Shown here in pieces: positions 8,466-18,774 of a stretch of 57,774 bases of DNA. This DNA is from Mariniphaga sp. (GTDB lineage: Bacteria > Bacteroidota > Bacteroidia > Bacteroidales > Prolixibacteraceae). Made by a program: the position numbers and the translations under genes. Position 1 is the first letter of the stretch. Each line of letters opens with the position of its first letter. The notes below the pieces were generated by a model. It saw nothing but the letters and a program-made list of their open reading frames with translations, made no database searches and was not told the origin of the DNA. Location of the stretch: assembly GCA_035645995.1 (NCBI GenBank), contig DASRQG010000684.1, forward strand, positions 1 to 57,774. Direction: 5' to 3'.

Positions 8466-10901
8466 TTATGAGCGTGTATCTGTATCAGATTGATCGTGGG
8501 TGAGTAACAGAGGCTGAGAATGTACATATTGATTATCCCGGTAATAATAAGCATTATATTTTTTTCGTTGAGTATCATCTTTAACACCGTTTAAAATTAA
8601 TCCCAGAATTTTCTTTTTAACCGTAGGGAATTCATCAATAATTTTGTTTAATTCTGCAGTATTGGATTTTCCGGCTTTAACAACAAAAATGGAACCAGAG
8701 ACAAGATTGTTCATGATAACAGCATCTGTGACTGGAGAAATTGGAGGTGCATCAATAATAACCATACTGAATTTTGTAAGGGCCCAATTAACAATTGCTT
8801 TAAATCTTGAGCGGGTTAATAGTTCTGTCGGATTTGGAATTGCTGATCCTGCACTTAATAAAAACAGGTTAGTGAAAGAGGTAAGCCGAATTGAGTATTT
8901 GAGCATTTGTTCATTGATCTGATGTTCACATGTCAAAAGGTCTGACAGGCCGGGGTGATTTTCAATTTTAAAAGTGGCATTAAGTGTTCCGCGCCTCAAA
9001 TCTCCGTCGATCAGCAGTGTTGGAATATGTTGTTGTGAAGCCATTATGGCTATATTGGAGGAGATTAACGATTTACCTTCACCTGAATCTAAGCTGGTTA
9101 CAAGAAAAGATCTGCCATTAACCAGTTCAAGTCTGTAATTAAGTTTTGCGCGAAGTGACCTGAATAGTTCATGTATATATGTAATGTTTTCACCAGCGGT
9201 AACGAGTTTTGGATCATTTTTTTTATCCTGATTATCTTCGTTATCATTCAAGCTGAAAAGTGGAATAGTTTCCAGTAATGGGTAAGGCAAGAACCTCTTA
9301 AGGTCGTCTTTAGATCGCGCTCTTTTGTCAAAGAAGTCTGCGATAACGGCTGGGCCAAAAGAGATCAGAACACAGATAAAAAATCCGATTGCAATCAGTT
9401 TTAAAAGTTCTTTTCTTGCGGAAGCTTCTTCGGGAGGGACTGAATAATCCATAATGTAGATATCGGGTACTTCGGTTTCATCAGCAATTTTAGCCTGATT
9501 ATATTTGCTTAAGATGTTTGAATAGATTTCAGAATTAATCTGCTGCTGACGCATCATTGTGGCTAGCTGCATCTCTTTTTGAGGAAGACCTTGCAGTTGA
9601 TTCAATGTAACATTTTGTTGCGTTTTAGTGTGTGCTATTTCTTTTTTTTGCTTTTTAATAAAATCCTCAACGAGTGGAATAGTTTTTATTCTGACCCCAT
9701 CAATTTTTTCTTTAACTTCTTTAACGAGAGGGTGTTCCGGAGAATAACTTTTAGCTAGAAAAGATGCTTTTCGCTGGAGCAGCATATTGTGTTCCTGTTG
9801 AATTACAATTGCTCCGGTTATGTTGTGGCTGCCAAGATAAAGAAGCGCTTCGCTGGTAGTCTGTTCAAGATCATTACTATTTTGAGAAAGTCGTTGCAGC
9901 AAATTTTGTGCTTCTTCAATTTCATTTTGAATGTTTATGTTTTTTGCTTCCATCATGGAAATATTCGAAACTGCATTTTGAGCATCAACACCTAATCCTA
10001 CCTTTGGATAATTTTCTCTAAAAATCCGGATTCTGTTTTCATCACGAAGGACTTGTGAGTAGGCTGCTTCCAATTGTTTTTCAAGGGCTTTCATTAGCTC
10101 AGTTGTTTTTCTTTTTTTGAAGCTTAGGTTTTTTTCAACAAATTTATCTGCTATTGTATTGATCGTAGTAGAGATCAATTCAGGATCGCTTCCGGACAAT
10201 CCAATAACAACAATCCCCTCCATCATCGGATCACGTCGGGGATTACCGCTTATTGTTATTCGGTTTCTGAGATCTTCAACAGCTTTTTCTTTGGGAAGAA
10301 TGTAGAATTTAAATTTGAAAGGTTTTTTTAGATAATGTTTGGAAAAACCCAGTTTAATTCCGGTTGCTTGTAGCGTATCAAGCGAAGGAAGTCTGCCGGA
10401 TATAAGAACCTTATTTTTAAGATTCAAAACTTTATTTGTAACCGAAATGGTATATGTGAACATGGATTTTTCATCAATATCGAAATAGTATTTTCCCGGA
10501 ATAGCTGCAGAATCGACTTTGATAAATGTAAAAATTGATGATCGGTCATATTTTGGCATTAATAAATTAAGGGAGAGAATATCCACAATCTCACTGAGAA
10601 AATTCCTGCTTTGAATTAATTTCATTTTTCCTAAATTATTTGAAGCAGCTTCAGGAAGGGTAAGAACAGTAGGGGTTTTTTCCAAACCCAAAAGAACGTT
10701 TGTATTCAATTCGGGACGTATTTTTCCAAATGTTACAACAAGAAGCAGCCACCCGATTACAAGAACAGGAAATGTAGGAATAATATACCATTTCCATCTC
10801 CATAATACATTAGTATAATGCTTGATCCAATATATGTAATCAGGTTTGAATAATGGGGTTTGTTGTGTTTCCTGCACGGGGCCTACCTTCTTTGCATCCA
10901 T
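8466..10901 (-). CDS. wzc: Polysaccharide co-polymerase / BY-kinase (Wzc family), catalytically intact
   Basis: Two TM segments flank a coiled-coil periplasmic region. Walker A TSLDSGEGKS, A' IDGDLRR, B IIDAPP. C-terminal Tyr cluster KYNAYYY. Confidence 0.88.
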   Translation of the reverse strand: MDAKKVGPVQETQQTPLFKPDYIYWIKHYTNVLWRWKWYIIPTFPVLVIGWLLLVVTFGKIRPELNTNVLLGLEKTPTVLTLPEAASNNLGKMKLIQSRNFLSEIVDILSLNLLMPKYDRSSIFTFIKVDSAAIPGKYYFDIDEKSMFTYTISVTNKVLNLKNKVLISGRLPSLDTLQATGIKLGFSKHYLKKPFKFKFYILPKEKAVEDLRNRITISGNPRRDPMMEGIVVIGLSGSDPELISTTINTIADKFVEKNLSFKKRKTTELMKALEKQLEAAYSQVLRDENRIRIFRENYPKVGLGVDAQNAVSNISMMEAKNINIQNEIEEAQNLLQRLSQNSNDLEQTTSEALLYLGSHNITGAIVIQQEHNMLLQRKASFLAKSYSPEHPLVKEVKEKIDGVRIKTIPLVEDFIKKQKKEIAHTKTQQNVTLNQLQGLPQKEMQLATMMRQQQINSEIYSNILSKYNQAKIADETEVPDIYIMDYSVPPEEASARKELLKLIAIGFFICVLISFGPAVIADFFDKRARSKDDLKRFLPYPLLETIPLFSLNDNEDNQDKKNDPKLVTAGENITYIHELFRSLRAKLNYRLELVNGRSFLVTSLDSGEGKSLISSNIAIMASQQHIPTLLIDGDLRRGTLNATFKIENHPGLSDLLTCEHQINEQMLKYSIRLTSFTNLFLLSAGSAIPNPTELLTRSRFKAIVNWALTKFSMVIIDAPPISPVTDAVIMNNLVSGSIFVVKAGKSNTAELNKIIDEFPTVKKKILGLILNGVKDDTQRKKYNAYYYRDNQYVHSQPLLLTHDQSDTDTRS

Positions 10902-11671
10902 TCATAAACAGTTATTGCACTCACTGCACTTGAAACCCCCAAACTGACGATTGGCAGGATTTCCTGTCTGAAAACTTCCCAACCAGTACGGTTAGGTCGG
11001 TTAACTACTCTGATTACATCACCAGACTGAAACCCAAGCTCCATGACCGGGATAGGATTTTTCAAAAGGTCTGCGCCTTTAATCTCCATTATTTCACCAT
11101 TTCTTTCCCATTTAATTTTCCTGAGGCCATCCTCTCTGACAACCCCCCCAGTAAGTGACAATGCATACCATAGAGTTACTCCCGGGGAAACCCAATAAAC
11201 TCCGGGCCGTTGAAACCCTCCTTGGAAACTTAATGAGATAACACGTCTTACCTGAATACTTGAAAACCTTAAAAGCGGGATGTAAGTGTCGGTTACTATT
11301 TCCTGAAAATTATTTCTATCCATTGATGTTACCTGAATCGGACCTATCATAGGCAAATCAACATAACCCTGGCCATCTACTGCAAAAATTCCATTCGGGA
11401 ATCCTGAATCTGGTAATACACTGATTTTGATTCCGTCACCAGGTTTAAAATTCCAATCTATGATACAAGCATCATTGGGAATGGCTTTATAATTACTCTC
11501 AACAGGCGGGTTGTTTTCAGATTGCTTGTCTGGAACAGAGATTCCATTAGTTTGTTCAAGAGAAAAAACCTGGGATGTGAAAAATAGAATCAGGCATAAG
11601 GAAAAATGCGTTAAAACAAGAAAGTTAAACTGAAACGTTTTATACTGTTCCATACATTGCCCTCCATGCAT
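10883..11671 (-). CDS. Polysaccharide export protein (Wza/Poly_export + SLBB domains)
   Basis: FKPGDGIKI, VDGQGYVDLPMIG, GGFQRPGVY, ALSLTGG, FQSGDVI. Overlaps the wzc start. Confidence 0.8.
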   Translation of the reverse strand: MHGGQCMEQYKTFQFNFLVLTHFSLCLILFFTSQVFSLEQTNGISVPDKQSENNPPVESNYKAIPNDACIIDWNFKPGDGIKISVLPDSGFPNGIFAVDGQGYVDLPMIGPIQVTSMDRNNFQEIVTDTYIPLLRFSSIQVRRVISLSFQGGFQRPGVYWVSPGVTLWYALSLTGGVVREDGLRKIKWERNGEIMEIKGADLLKNPIPVMELGFQSGDVIRVVNRPNRTGWEVFRQEILPIVSLGVSSAVSAITVYEWMQRR

Positions 11672-12290
11672 AAAGTTCCATAAAAAATAGTATTGTGTTA
11701 GTATAAACCAAAGCTCAATATATAATAAAATGCACTAAATGAATAATTTGAACAAGTAAAATAAAAAAAAATCTGTAATTCAAAATTGTGGAACAGAAGT
11801 GGCTCTCTTTTTACTGTTTTGCTTTTTTCGTTGATTGTGATACATTTGGGAATGTGTGATCCTGAAAAGGGTATGGTTTTGGGCGGGAAATAAAGCGACT
11901 AACACATGCATGGATTCTAACTGGTGAACAGTGGTAAACAGTATAGTATACATTTTTGAAAATAACTCTGTATTGCTGCAATCTGGTATCCGTACATACG
12001 ACAAACATCAATTAATGGTGTTAAATTCAGGTTTAGCTTAAATCATTTAAAATTAATATCGTTTTTGCTTTATTGGTTATTGAATAAAGGGGTAAAGAAG
12101 ACACATCCTCCCGGGATTTTTGAATTACAATATTGCTTTTGTTTTTGCTTATATAATTTAGAACAGAAACTGAGTTCCATTTCCTGGGGAATTGATTTAA
12201 ACTTAGTGGCTGAAAGAAAAATAAAACAGAGCAGTAGAGTTTTTTGCAATTAAGAATTTAATTGGGGTATGAGTAAAACTGTGACAGAAA

Positions 12291-12494
12291 TTGAAAGGAA
12301 TGCACCTGATGTTGATACCGTTAATTATTAGCGACAGATGTGTGTTGCTTGATTCCGGGTCGAGCACCTGTTCCTTTTTGTCAAAACTCTATTTGCAATT
12401 TGAATTAATGCCGGAAGTACCGGCTTTTATTTTGTTTGTATCAGGTTTTGTAGTGATGGTCTGTTTGGGTTGGATTAAAAAAATAAGGGAGTAA
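12291..12494 (+). CDS. Small protein with PEP-CTERM-like C-terminus
   Basis: Ends MPEVPAFILFVSGFVVMVCLGWIKKIRE (Pro-Glu-x-Pro, TM helix, basic tail). AAAGGA RBS before the alternative ATG at 12309. Confidence 0.4.
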   Translation: MKGMHLMLIPLIISDRCVLLDSGSSTCSFLSKLYLQFELMPEVPAFILFVSGFVVMVCLGWIKKIRE

Positions 12495-12808
12495 ATAAGG
12501 GAAAAGTTGTCATGGTTCATAATTTGCGCCTTATTGATTCAGGTAAAAAATGAGTTAATAATATCAGAGAGTAGATTAGGAAAAACTTGATTGAGAAGAT
12601 TTATTCTTCATTTGCTTCACAATTGAATTGTTGATGATTGCTAATCAGCCTGATCGAATCTGTTTTCGTAAATAACTTTTGAGATGTAAACAGAAAAAGA
12701 ACGGAATGTACAAATCTCGCAAAAGAATTGTATACAGTTAAAAATCCAATCCTGTTTATATCATAGTGTAGTTTATTTGGGCAATGCAAAGGATTTTAAT
12801 AATAGTTT

Positions 12809-14371
12809 TTGTTGAAACGATCTTTTCTTCATGAGGCAAACGTGATGATAATATTCGTGTTAAAATCCTGCATACTATTTTGTATTTGTCTAATGCTATC
12901 CTGTTCGGTTACTTATCTGATGCTGAAGAGTTCTGTGATAAAATATTTTAAAGACAAACCAGGTTCGCGTAAAGTACATCAGAGAATCATACCCCGTATA
13001 GGGGGGGGGATCATCCTGGTTTTGTTTACCTTGGTTTTAATATTATGGAAATTCACAAACATATTTCCGTTCAGCCTGCCTCTTAATCTTATATCAACAT
13101 TACTGTTTGTATCCATTTCCATATTGTTGATTGGACTTCCGGATGATATGGTAATCTATCAAATCCGTAACAAAGCAAAATTTTTGGGAGAAGTGTTAAT
13201 TGCTTTGGAAATTGTTTTGATCATGGGAGTAAGCCTTAATAATGTCCATTTTTTAGGATATGATGTAGAACTGGGCTTTTTAGGAGTTCCTATATCGGTT
13301 ATATGGCTTGTTGGTGTGACAAATTCTGTTAATATTATTGATGGTGTTGATGGGTTGGCAGGAGCTGTAGTTCTTACAGGTTTTGTAGCAATAGGACTAA
13401 TAGCAGGAATATATCAGAATTATCCTGTTTTAATTCTTTCTTTGATATTAGGTGGATTAATAGCTGGTTTTATGATTTTCAATTTATCGCCTGCACGTGT
13501 ATTTCTTGGTGATACGGGTGCACTTTTATTGGGAATGATTTATGGTGTCTTGAGTATATACCTGATATCAGATATAAATAATAGCCTTCCGGTATTGGTT
13601 ACACCATTGATAGTTGGATTCCCTGTTGTCGATACATTTGCAGCAATGGGCAGGAGGTTTTCAAGAAGTATTATAAATGGTAAAGGACTGCTGTGTTCAT
13701 TCAAAAGAATGTCTATTGCGGATAATGAACATATTCATCACAGATTAATTTACAGAGGGTTAACGCATAACAAAACTGTTATAATTCTTGTTGTGTATCA
13801 GATGATAACATGCATGACTGCAATAGTAGTAATATTCAAAGGAAAATCAGAGAGTATTATAACTTTAACAATATTATTTGTTACTACCTTATGGATATTG
13901 TATAAGCTGGATTATTACGAACCTTTGTTAAGGAGAGTCAAGAAGCTTCGGGTAAAACAACTTCCGGAAAAGAATAAAGTTGGAATTATTGCTGATGATG
14001 AGGTGTTTAATTATTCGATAATGAGGTATGACCAGAACAGCTTTGAGTTTATACAAATGGAGAAATTCAGTTATAATACAAATAATAATCTTGATGCAAT
14101 AATTTTACAAAGCAATAAGAGTGGTATGCTGAATGATTTGATTGGTATTGCAGGATCTTTGTACCTGGAGAAAAACTGTCCGGTATTAATTATAGTTTCA
14201 CCTTATGACACTGTACCGGAACAATACAGAGGAGTGTATGAGAATATGTCAATTCTTGTAATAAAAGCACCCGCATATATGCCGATATTGTTTACAGAAT
14301 TAACCAGAATCACCAAAGGAAAATACCTTAAAGGTAAGGTGAAAAACAGGACTGTTTACCAGGTTAAATAG
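12809..14371 (+). CDS. WecA/TagO/MraY-family undecaprenyl-phosphate sugar-1-phosphate transferase with C-terminal receiver-like extension
   Basis: DKPGSRKVH...PRIGG, GLPDD, NSVNIIDGVDGLA, VFLGDTG, DNEHIHHRL, plus a ~130 aa soluble tail. Confidence 0.85.
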   Translation: MLKRSFLHEANVMIIFVLKSCILFCICLMLSCSVTYLMLKSSVIKYFKDKPGSRKVHQRIIPRIGGGIILVLFTLVLILWKFTNIFPFSLPLNLISTLLFVSISILLIGLPDDMVIYQIRNKAKFLGEVLIALEIVLIMGVSLNNVHFLGYDVELGFLGVPISVIWLVGVTNSVNIIDGVDGLAGAVVLTGFVAIGLIAGIYQNYPVLILSLILGGLIAGFMIFNLSPARVFLGDTGALLLGMIYGVLSIYLISDINNSLPVLVTPLIVGFPVVDTFAAMGRRFSRSIINGKGLLCSFKRMSIADNEHIHHRLIYRGLTHNKTVIILVVYQMITCMTAIVVIFKGKSESIITLTILFVTTLWILYKLDYYEPLLRRVKKLRVKQLPEKNKVGIIADDEVFNYSIMRYDQNSFEFIQMEKFSYNTNNNLDAIILQSNKSGMLNDLIGIAGSLYLEKNCPVLIIVSPYDTVPEQYRGVYENMSILVIKAPAYMPILFTELTRITKGKYLKGKVKNRTVYQVK

Positions 14372-14388
14372 AATAATGATGGTGAGAA

Positions 14389-14880
14389 ATGAAAAACTTT
14401 GAAAAGAACAGAACACGTCTTCTTGTTATATGTCAAAAAGATGATCTGACATGCAATCTGGTTACATTACTCACGGGATATGGATATTATGTTGATTATG
14501 TAAAGACGTTAACAGATGGTGTTACAAGATTCAAGGGATATAAACATACAATTGTCATTGTAGATTCGGATTTGTTGCCAGAAAGGCCAGAAGAATTATT
14601 CACTGTTTTTAAATATTATACTGTTAATCCCAAGATACTGATTGTTGCAGGAAAAAATGAAGAAGAAGCGATTTATCCGTATCTGGATAATGGTATATAT
14701 GACATAATCCAGGTACCCTTAAGATTCAGATATCTTCATTACAAACTGCGGAAGCTGGTGGTAAATGATAACCTTATGTCAAAATATGAGTATTATCAAT
14801 TTCTCATTCAGTTGATAGTTATCTCAAGTCCGATCTGGGTAAATTTTATAATTTCGCTCACCCGTAATTTATTATACTGA
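14389..14880 (+). CDS. Atypical response-regulator receiver-domain protein with C-terminal hydrophobic helix
   Basis: RLLVI, L...GYYV, IVIVD, PKILIV, GIYDII pattern. Lacks the conserved Lys. Hydrophobic tail FLIQLIVISSPIWVNFII. Confidence 0.6.
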   Translation: MKNFEKNRTRLLVICQKDDLTCNLVTLLTGYGYYVDYVKTLTDGVTRFKGYKHTIVIVDSDLLPERPEELFTVFKYYTVNPKILIVAGKNEEEAIYPYLDNGIYDIIQVPLRFRYLHYKLRKLVVNDNLMSKYEYYQFLIQLIVISSPIWVNFIISLTRNLLY

Positions 14881-14891
14881 AAGATATTCCC

Positions 14892-15779
14892 ATGAACACA
14901 AAAACGAGAATTTTAACCTTTGATATTGAAGAATGGTTTCATATTCTTGACTTAAAGGATAATTTAATTATCGACTGGGACAAATATGAATGTAGAATTT
15001 ATGCAAATGTTGAATTTATACTGAATGAGTTAAATAAAAATGGACATAAAGCCACGTTTTTCTGTCTTGGATGGGTTGCAGAAAGATATCCGGACATTAT
15101 ACGAGAAATAAACAGATGCGGTTACGAAATAGGAACACATTCGTATAGTCATACTATTGCCTATAACATGACACCTGATCAATTCCGTGAGGATCTGGTA
15201 AAGTCAAAGAGTATAATTGAAAATATTATTTCGAAACCCGTCCGAAGCTTCAGAATTCCGGGGTTTTCTCTAACAGAAAGCAATATGTGGGTTTTCGAAA
15301 TACTTGCAGAATGCGGTATCACTATTGATTCTTCAATTTTTCCGGCAAAAAGGGAGCATGGGGGTTATAGTCAGTTTGTTATAGATAAACCTGTTTGCAT
15401 TAAAACCAGATTTGGAACAATAAAAGAGTTTCCCGTTAACACAGTATCATTATTTGGTCAAAACATTGCTTTTTCAGGTGGGGGATATTTCAGGATATTT
15501 CCATATAACCTGTTAAAGGTACTTATTGAGAAATCGCCGTATATTATGTCATATTTTCATCCGAGAGATTTTGATTCAAATCAACCTGTACTGAATAATA
15601 TGTCAATAAAGAGAAGGTTCAAATCTTATGTTGGATTAAAAAGGTCAGTTAATAAATTCAAAACCATATTAAAGGATTTTGAATTTACTGATATTGCTGA
15701 AGCAGAAAAATTTATAAAATGGAATGTGAATTTGTTGATCATCCCAGACAATCCTTCCGATTTAAAGGTGGCTGCATGA
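14892..15779 (+). CDS. Polysaccharide deacetylase (CE4, DUF3473 / exosortase-A-system type)
   Basis: LTFDIEEWF, KATFFCLGWVAE, EIGTHSYSH, FRIPGFS, IDSSIFP, SGGGYFR, YFHP. Confidence 0.88.
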   Translation: MNTKTRILTFDIEEWFHILDLKDNLIIDWDKYECRIYANVEFILNELNKNGHKATFFCLGWVAERYPDIIREINRCGYEIGTHSYSHTIAYNMTPDQFREDLVKSKSIIENIISKPVRSFRIPGFSLTESNMWVFEILAECGITIDSSIFPAKREHGGYSQFVIDKPVCIKTRFGTIKEFPVNTVSLFGQNIAFSGGGYFRIFPYNLLKVLIEKSPYIMSYFHPRDFDSNQPVLNNMSIKRRFKSYVGLKRSVNKFKTILKDFEFTDIAEAEKFIKWNVNLLIIPDNPSDLKVAA

Positions 15780-16771
15780 ATACCGTTATTGTTTTTGGGG
15801 GTTCTGGATTTGTCGGAACTCATCTGGTCTATGAATTGCTGCGAAAATATGAAAAAATTGTGATTGCCGATATTAAAACTCCAGGATGGCATGAAGGAAG
15901 CGTAAAACTGGAAAACAATAAAGTGGAATATGTTTATTGCGATGTAAGGAATAAAATTGAACTTGCGGATTATGGAAGAAATGTAAATTGTATAATTAAT
16001 CTGGCTGCGGTTCATACCAGTCCGGGATATCCTGCAAGAGATTATTTTGAAGCCAACATATCGGGTGCAAAAAATATATGTAATTATGCAAACATGGCTG
16101 GCTGTAATCGAATAATATTTACATCATCAATTTCTGTATATGGGCCGGGTGAAGATGAGAAGCATGAAGAGCATATTCCCATGCCAAATATACCCTATGG
16201 AGTTTCAAAAATCATAGCCGAGTATATTCATCGTGAATGGTATAATTTTGCATCCAATACTCGTATGTTAACTATAATTCGGCCTGGAGTAATATTTGGC
16301 AGAGGTGAAGGTGGTAATTTCACCAGAATGGCTAATGCTCTGCAAAAGGGATTGTTTATATATCCCGGAAGAAAAGATACGATCAAGGCATGTGTTTATG
16401 TTAAGGATGTTTGCAATTTTATAATCGAAATGACGAATGTAAACAAAGGATATTCTCTTTTAAATTTCTGTTATCCGCAAAAAATCACGATTGAAGAAAT
16501 AGTAAAAACTTTTAAAGATACATTAGGCTATAATACGCCTGAACTGGTACTTCCATTTAAGTTGATAGTGCAAGGTACTTCAGTTTTAAACAGGCTGCCG
16601 ATTAAAACCATAAGGACAATGGGGTTGGTACCTGAACGTATAGAAAAACTGATAAAATCCACAAACATTTCATCTCAAAAGCTGATAAGATCAGGTTTTA
16701 AATTCAGGTATTCCCTTGAGAATGCAATAATGGACTGGGCAGGAGAATGTAAAGGGAAAAAACTGTATTGA
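15776..16771 (+). CDS. NAD-dependent epimerase/dehydratase (extended SDR)
   Basis: GGSGFVG, NLAA, FTSS, YGVSK (YxxxK). ATG 15776 forms an ATGA overlap with the upstream stop. Confidence 0.88.
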   Translation: MNTVIVFGGSGFVGTHLVYELLRKYEKIVIADIKTPGWHEGSVKLENNKVEYVYCDVRNKIELADYGRNVNCIINLAAVHTSPGYPARDYFEANISGAKNICNYANMAGCNRIIFTSSISVYGPGEDEKHEEHIPMPNIPYGVSKIIAEYIHREWYNFASNTRMLTIIRPGVIFGRGEGGNFTRMANALQKGLFIYPGRKDTIKACVYVKDVCNFIIEMTNVNKGYSLLNFCYPQKITIEEIVKTFKDTLGYNTPELVLPFKLIVQGTSVLNRLPIKTIRTMGLVPERIEKLIKSTNISSQKLIRSGFKFRYSLENAIMDWAGECKGKKLY

Positions 16772-16835
16772 AACAATATATTAAGTCAAAAGATTAATAA
16801 CGGAATCAGGATAAATTGTAATTATTACGAAAAAT

Positions 16836-18059
16836 GTGATATTTGCTGATGGGGCGAAAATGAAGAAAAAGATATTGTTTATAGAACAAAATACGGATGG
16901 TACAATTGGAGGATCACATTATTGTTTACTGTATCTGATAGATGGTCTTGACAAAACAAAGTTTGAACCGATTGTCTTGTTTTATGAAAATCATAACCTG
17001 ATTCCGGATTTTGAAATTAAAAGTATGGTTCATATTCACAATTATAGAAAGTATAATAAAAATAAAAATAAACTAAAAAGAAAAGCTATAAACATTATAG
17101 TGCATTTGAAACATTTTATGAATGCTTTGTACTGGATATCCAGACAGAAAATAAATTTGATTCATCTGAATAACAGCATATTGGGTGGTTATGATTTATG
17201 GTTGCCAATATCATTAATTCTGCATATTCCATGTATCTCGCATGAACGAGGGTTTAATTCATTTTCAAAATTAAAAGGAATAGAAAAATATTTATTAAAT
17301 AAATATTCTGCGGTAATATCTGTTTCTGATGTAATCAGGGAAAATTTAAAAAAATGTGGAATATCGTATCATAAATTGTTGACAGTACATGATGGAATTG
17401 ATCCAGATTTGTATCGATCAAAAGTTTCAAGGAGAAAAGATGAGGTAAAAAGAGATTTGAATATAAACAGCAAGGCGTTAATTATTGGAATGATTGGTAA
17501 TATCCGTCTGATTAAAGGACAGAAATATTTATTGGATGTATTGAAAATACTGGAAGAAAAATATGATGATTTTGTATGTATAATGGTTGGAGGTATGTCA
17601 AAAAGTACAGAAAAGGATAATGATTTTGGTTCTTACCTGATAGATCTTATAAATGAGTATGGAATGAGGGATAAAATAAATCTTACCGGTTACAGAAGTG
17701 ACATACCGGATATAATCAATATTTTTGACGTACAAGTAAATGCATCTATAATACCCGATGCATTCCCTCATGTTATTCTTGAAGGAATGTCGTTGGGAAA
17801 AGCAATCGTTGCGACAAATTTGGGTGGAGCAAAAGAAAGCATAAAAAATGGCGTGACTGGCTTTATAGTTCCACATGATAATGAGAGAGAGTTCGCTAAT
17901 AAGCTGCTTCTTCTATTGAATAACAAGGAGTTACGAGAACAAATGGGAAAAGCGGCAAAAGAACGGATCAATGAATTTCATATAAAAAAGAACATTGAAA
18001 ATACTCAGTTGATTTATTCAAAAATAATAACGAATAAATATGAATTAAGGTCAATTTGA
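16836..18059 (+). CDS. Glycosyltransferase family 4 (GT-B)
   Basis: N-terminal GGS motif, VHDGID, IGNIRLIKGQ, DAFPHVILEGMSLGKAIVAT..GG..E. Confidence 0.85.
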   Translation: MIFADGAKMKKKILFIEQNTDGTIGGSHYCLLYLIDGLDKTKFEPIVLFYENHNLIPDFEIKSMVHIHNYRKYNKNKNKLKRKAINIIVHLKHFMNALYWISRQKINLIHLNNSILGGYDLWLPISLILHIPCISHERGFNSFSKLKGIEKYLLNKYSAVISVSDVIRENLKKCGISYHKLLTVHDGIDPDLYRSKVSRRKDEVKRDLNINSKALIIGMIGNIRLIKGQKYLLDVLKILEEKYDDFVCIMVGGMSKSTEKDNDFGSYLIDLINEYGMRDKINLTGYRSDIPDIINIFDVQVNASIIPDAFPHVILEGMSLGKAIVATNLGGAKESIKNGVTGFIVPHDNEREFANKLLLLLNNKELREQMGKAAKERINEFHIKKNIENTQLIYSKIITNKYELRSI

Positions 18060-18061
18060 AA

Positions 18062-18140
18062 AGAGCTTGCGGGAGCGCACTTGAGACAGAAAGAAATTTG
18101 TGACTGTGAAGGTCCTGTCTGCCTGGTGATATGGACAGGA
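18062..18140 (+). repeat. Dispersed intergenic element, copy E (degenerate)
   Basis: GAGCTTGCGGGAGCGCAC...CAGAAAG...GACTGTGAAGGTC...CCTGGTGATATGGACAGG aligns with the copies at 23.7, 45.9, 48.5 and 57.0 kb. Confidence 0.65.
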
Positions 18141-18774
18141 AAACAGGTGTAAAAATACTGAATATGAAAAATGTATACAGGTGTACCTGTTTGGAAAATG
18201 ACCAGTTGTCCGGCCCTAAAAACCAATGAAAGAGTTCTATATATGCGGAGTACAAAATGAAAAGCTAAAACCATGGAAAGTATTAGCTGCAATAAGTTTA
18301 GGTAAAAATCATGATAAAAAGCTGCTTCGGAAAATAAATGGATGTTTTAGTACAGCATTTAAATTCCACCGGATAAAGACATACCTGGAATAATAGATTC
18401 AAAGAGTGTTTTTATACTGGAATCAAGAACTGAGCAATGGAAAGGAGTGTTACTTGAGGTAATGGCATGTATAAAGCCGGTATGGCTTCGGGGGGTGGTG
18501 GAATAAACTTCTTTTGTTCAAGATAGATACAATGGATTGTTATTTGAACCCAAAAAACCAAAATGAATTAAGCGTAACTTAAAGACAAATATTAATTAAC
18601 CCGAAATGATAAGTGAAATGGGAAATAATAAATAATTAATATGTAAATAGTATCTATCAGAGAGGTTTACGCAGAGTACAATGGAGGATTGTTAAAATCA
18701 TTATTTAATTTTGAAAAGCCATATCAGAAACAGGTGAGCATACCGTTTCTATGAATGAATTATAAGAAATAGAT

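Noticed and set aside
10786-10805. 20-nt identity with 52089-52108
   Set aside because: It encodes the shared LWRWKWY motif of the two wzc paralogs (few codon choices). Explained by paralogy, not a recombination site.
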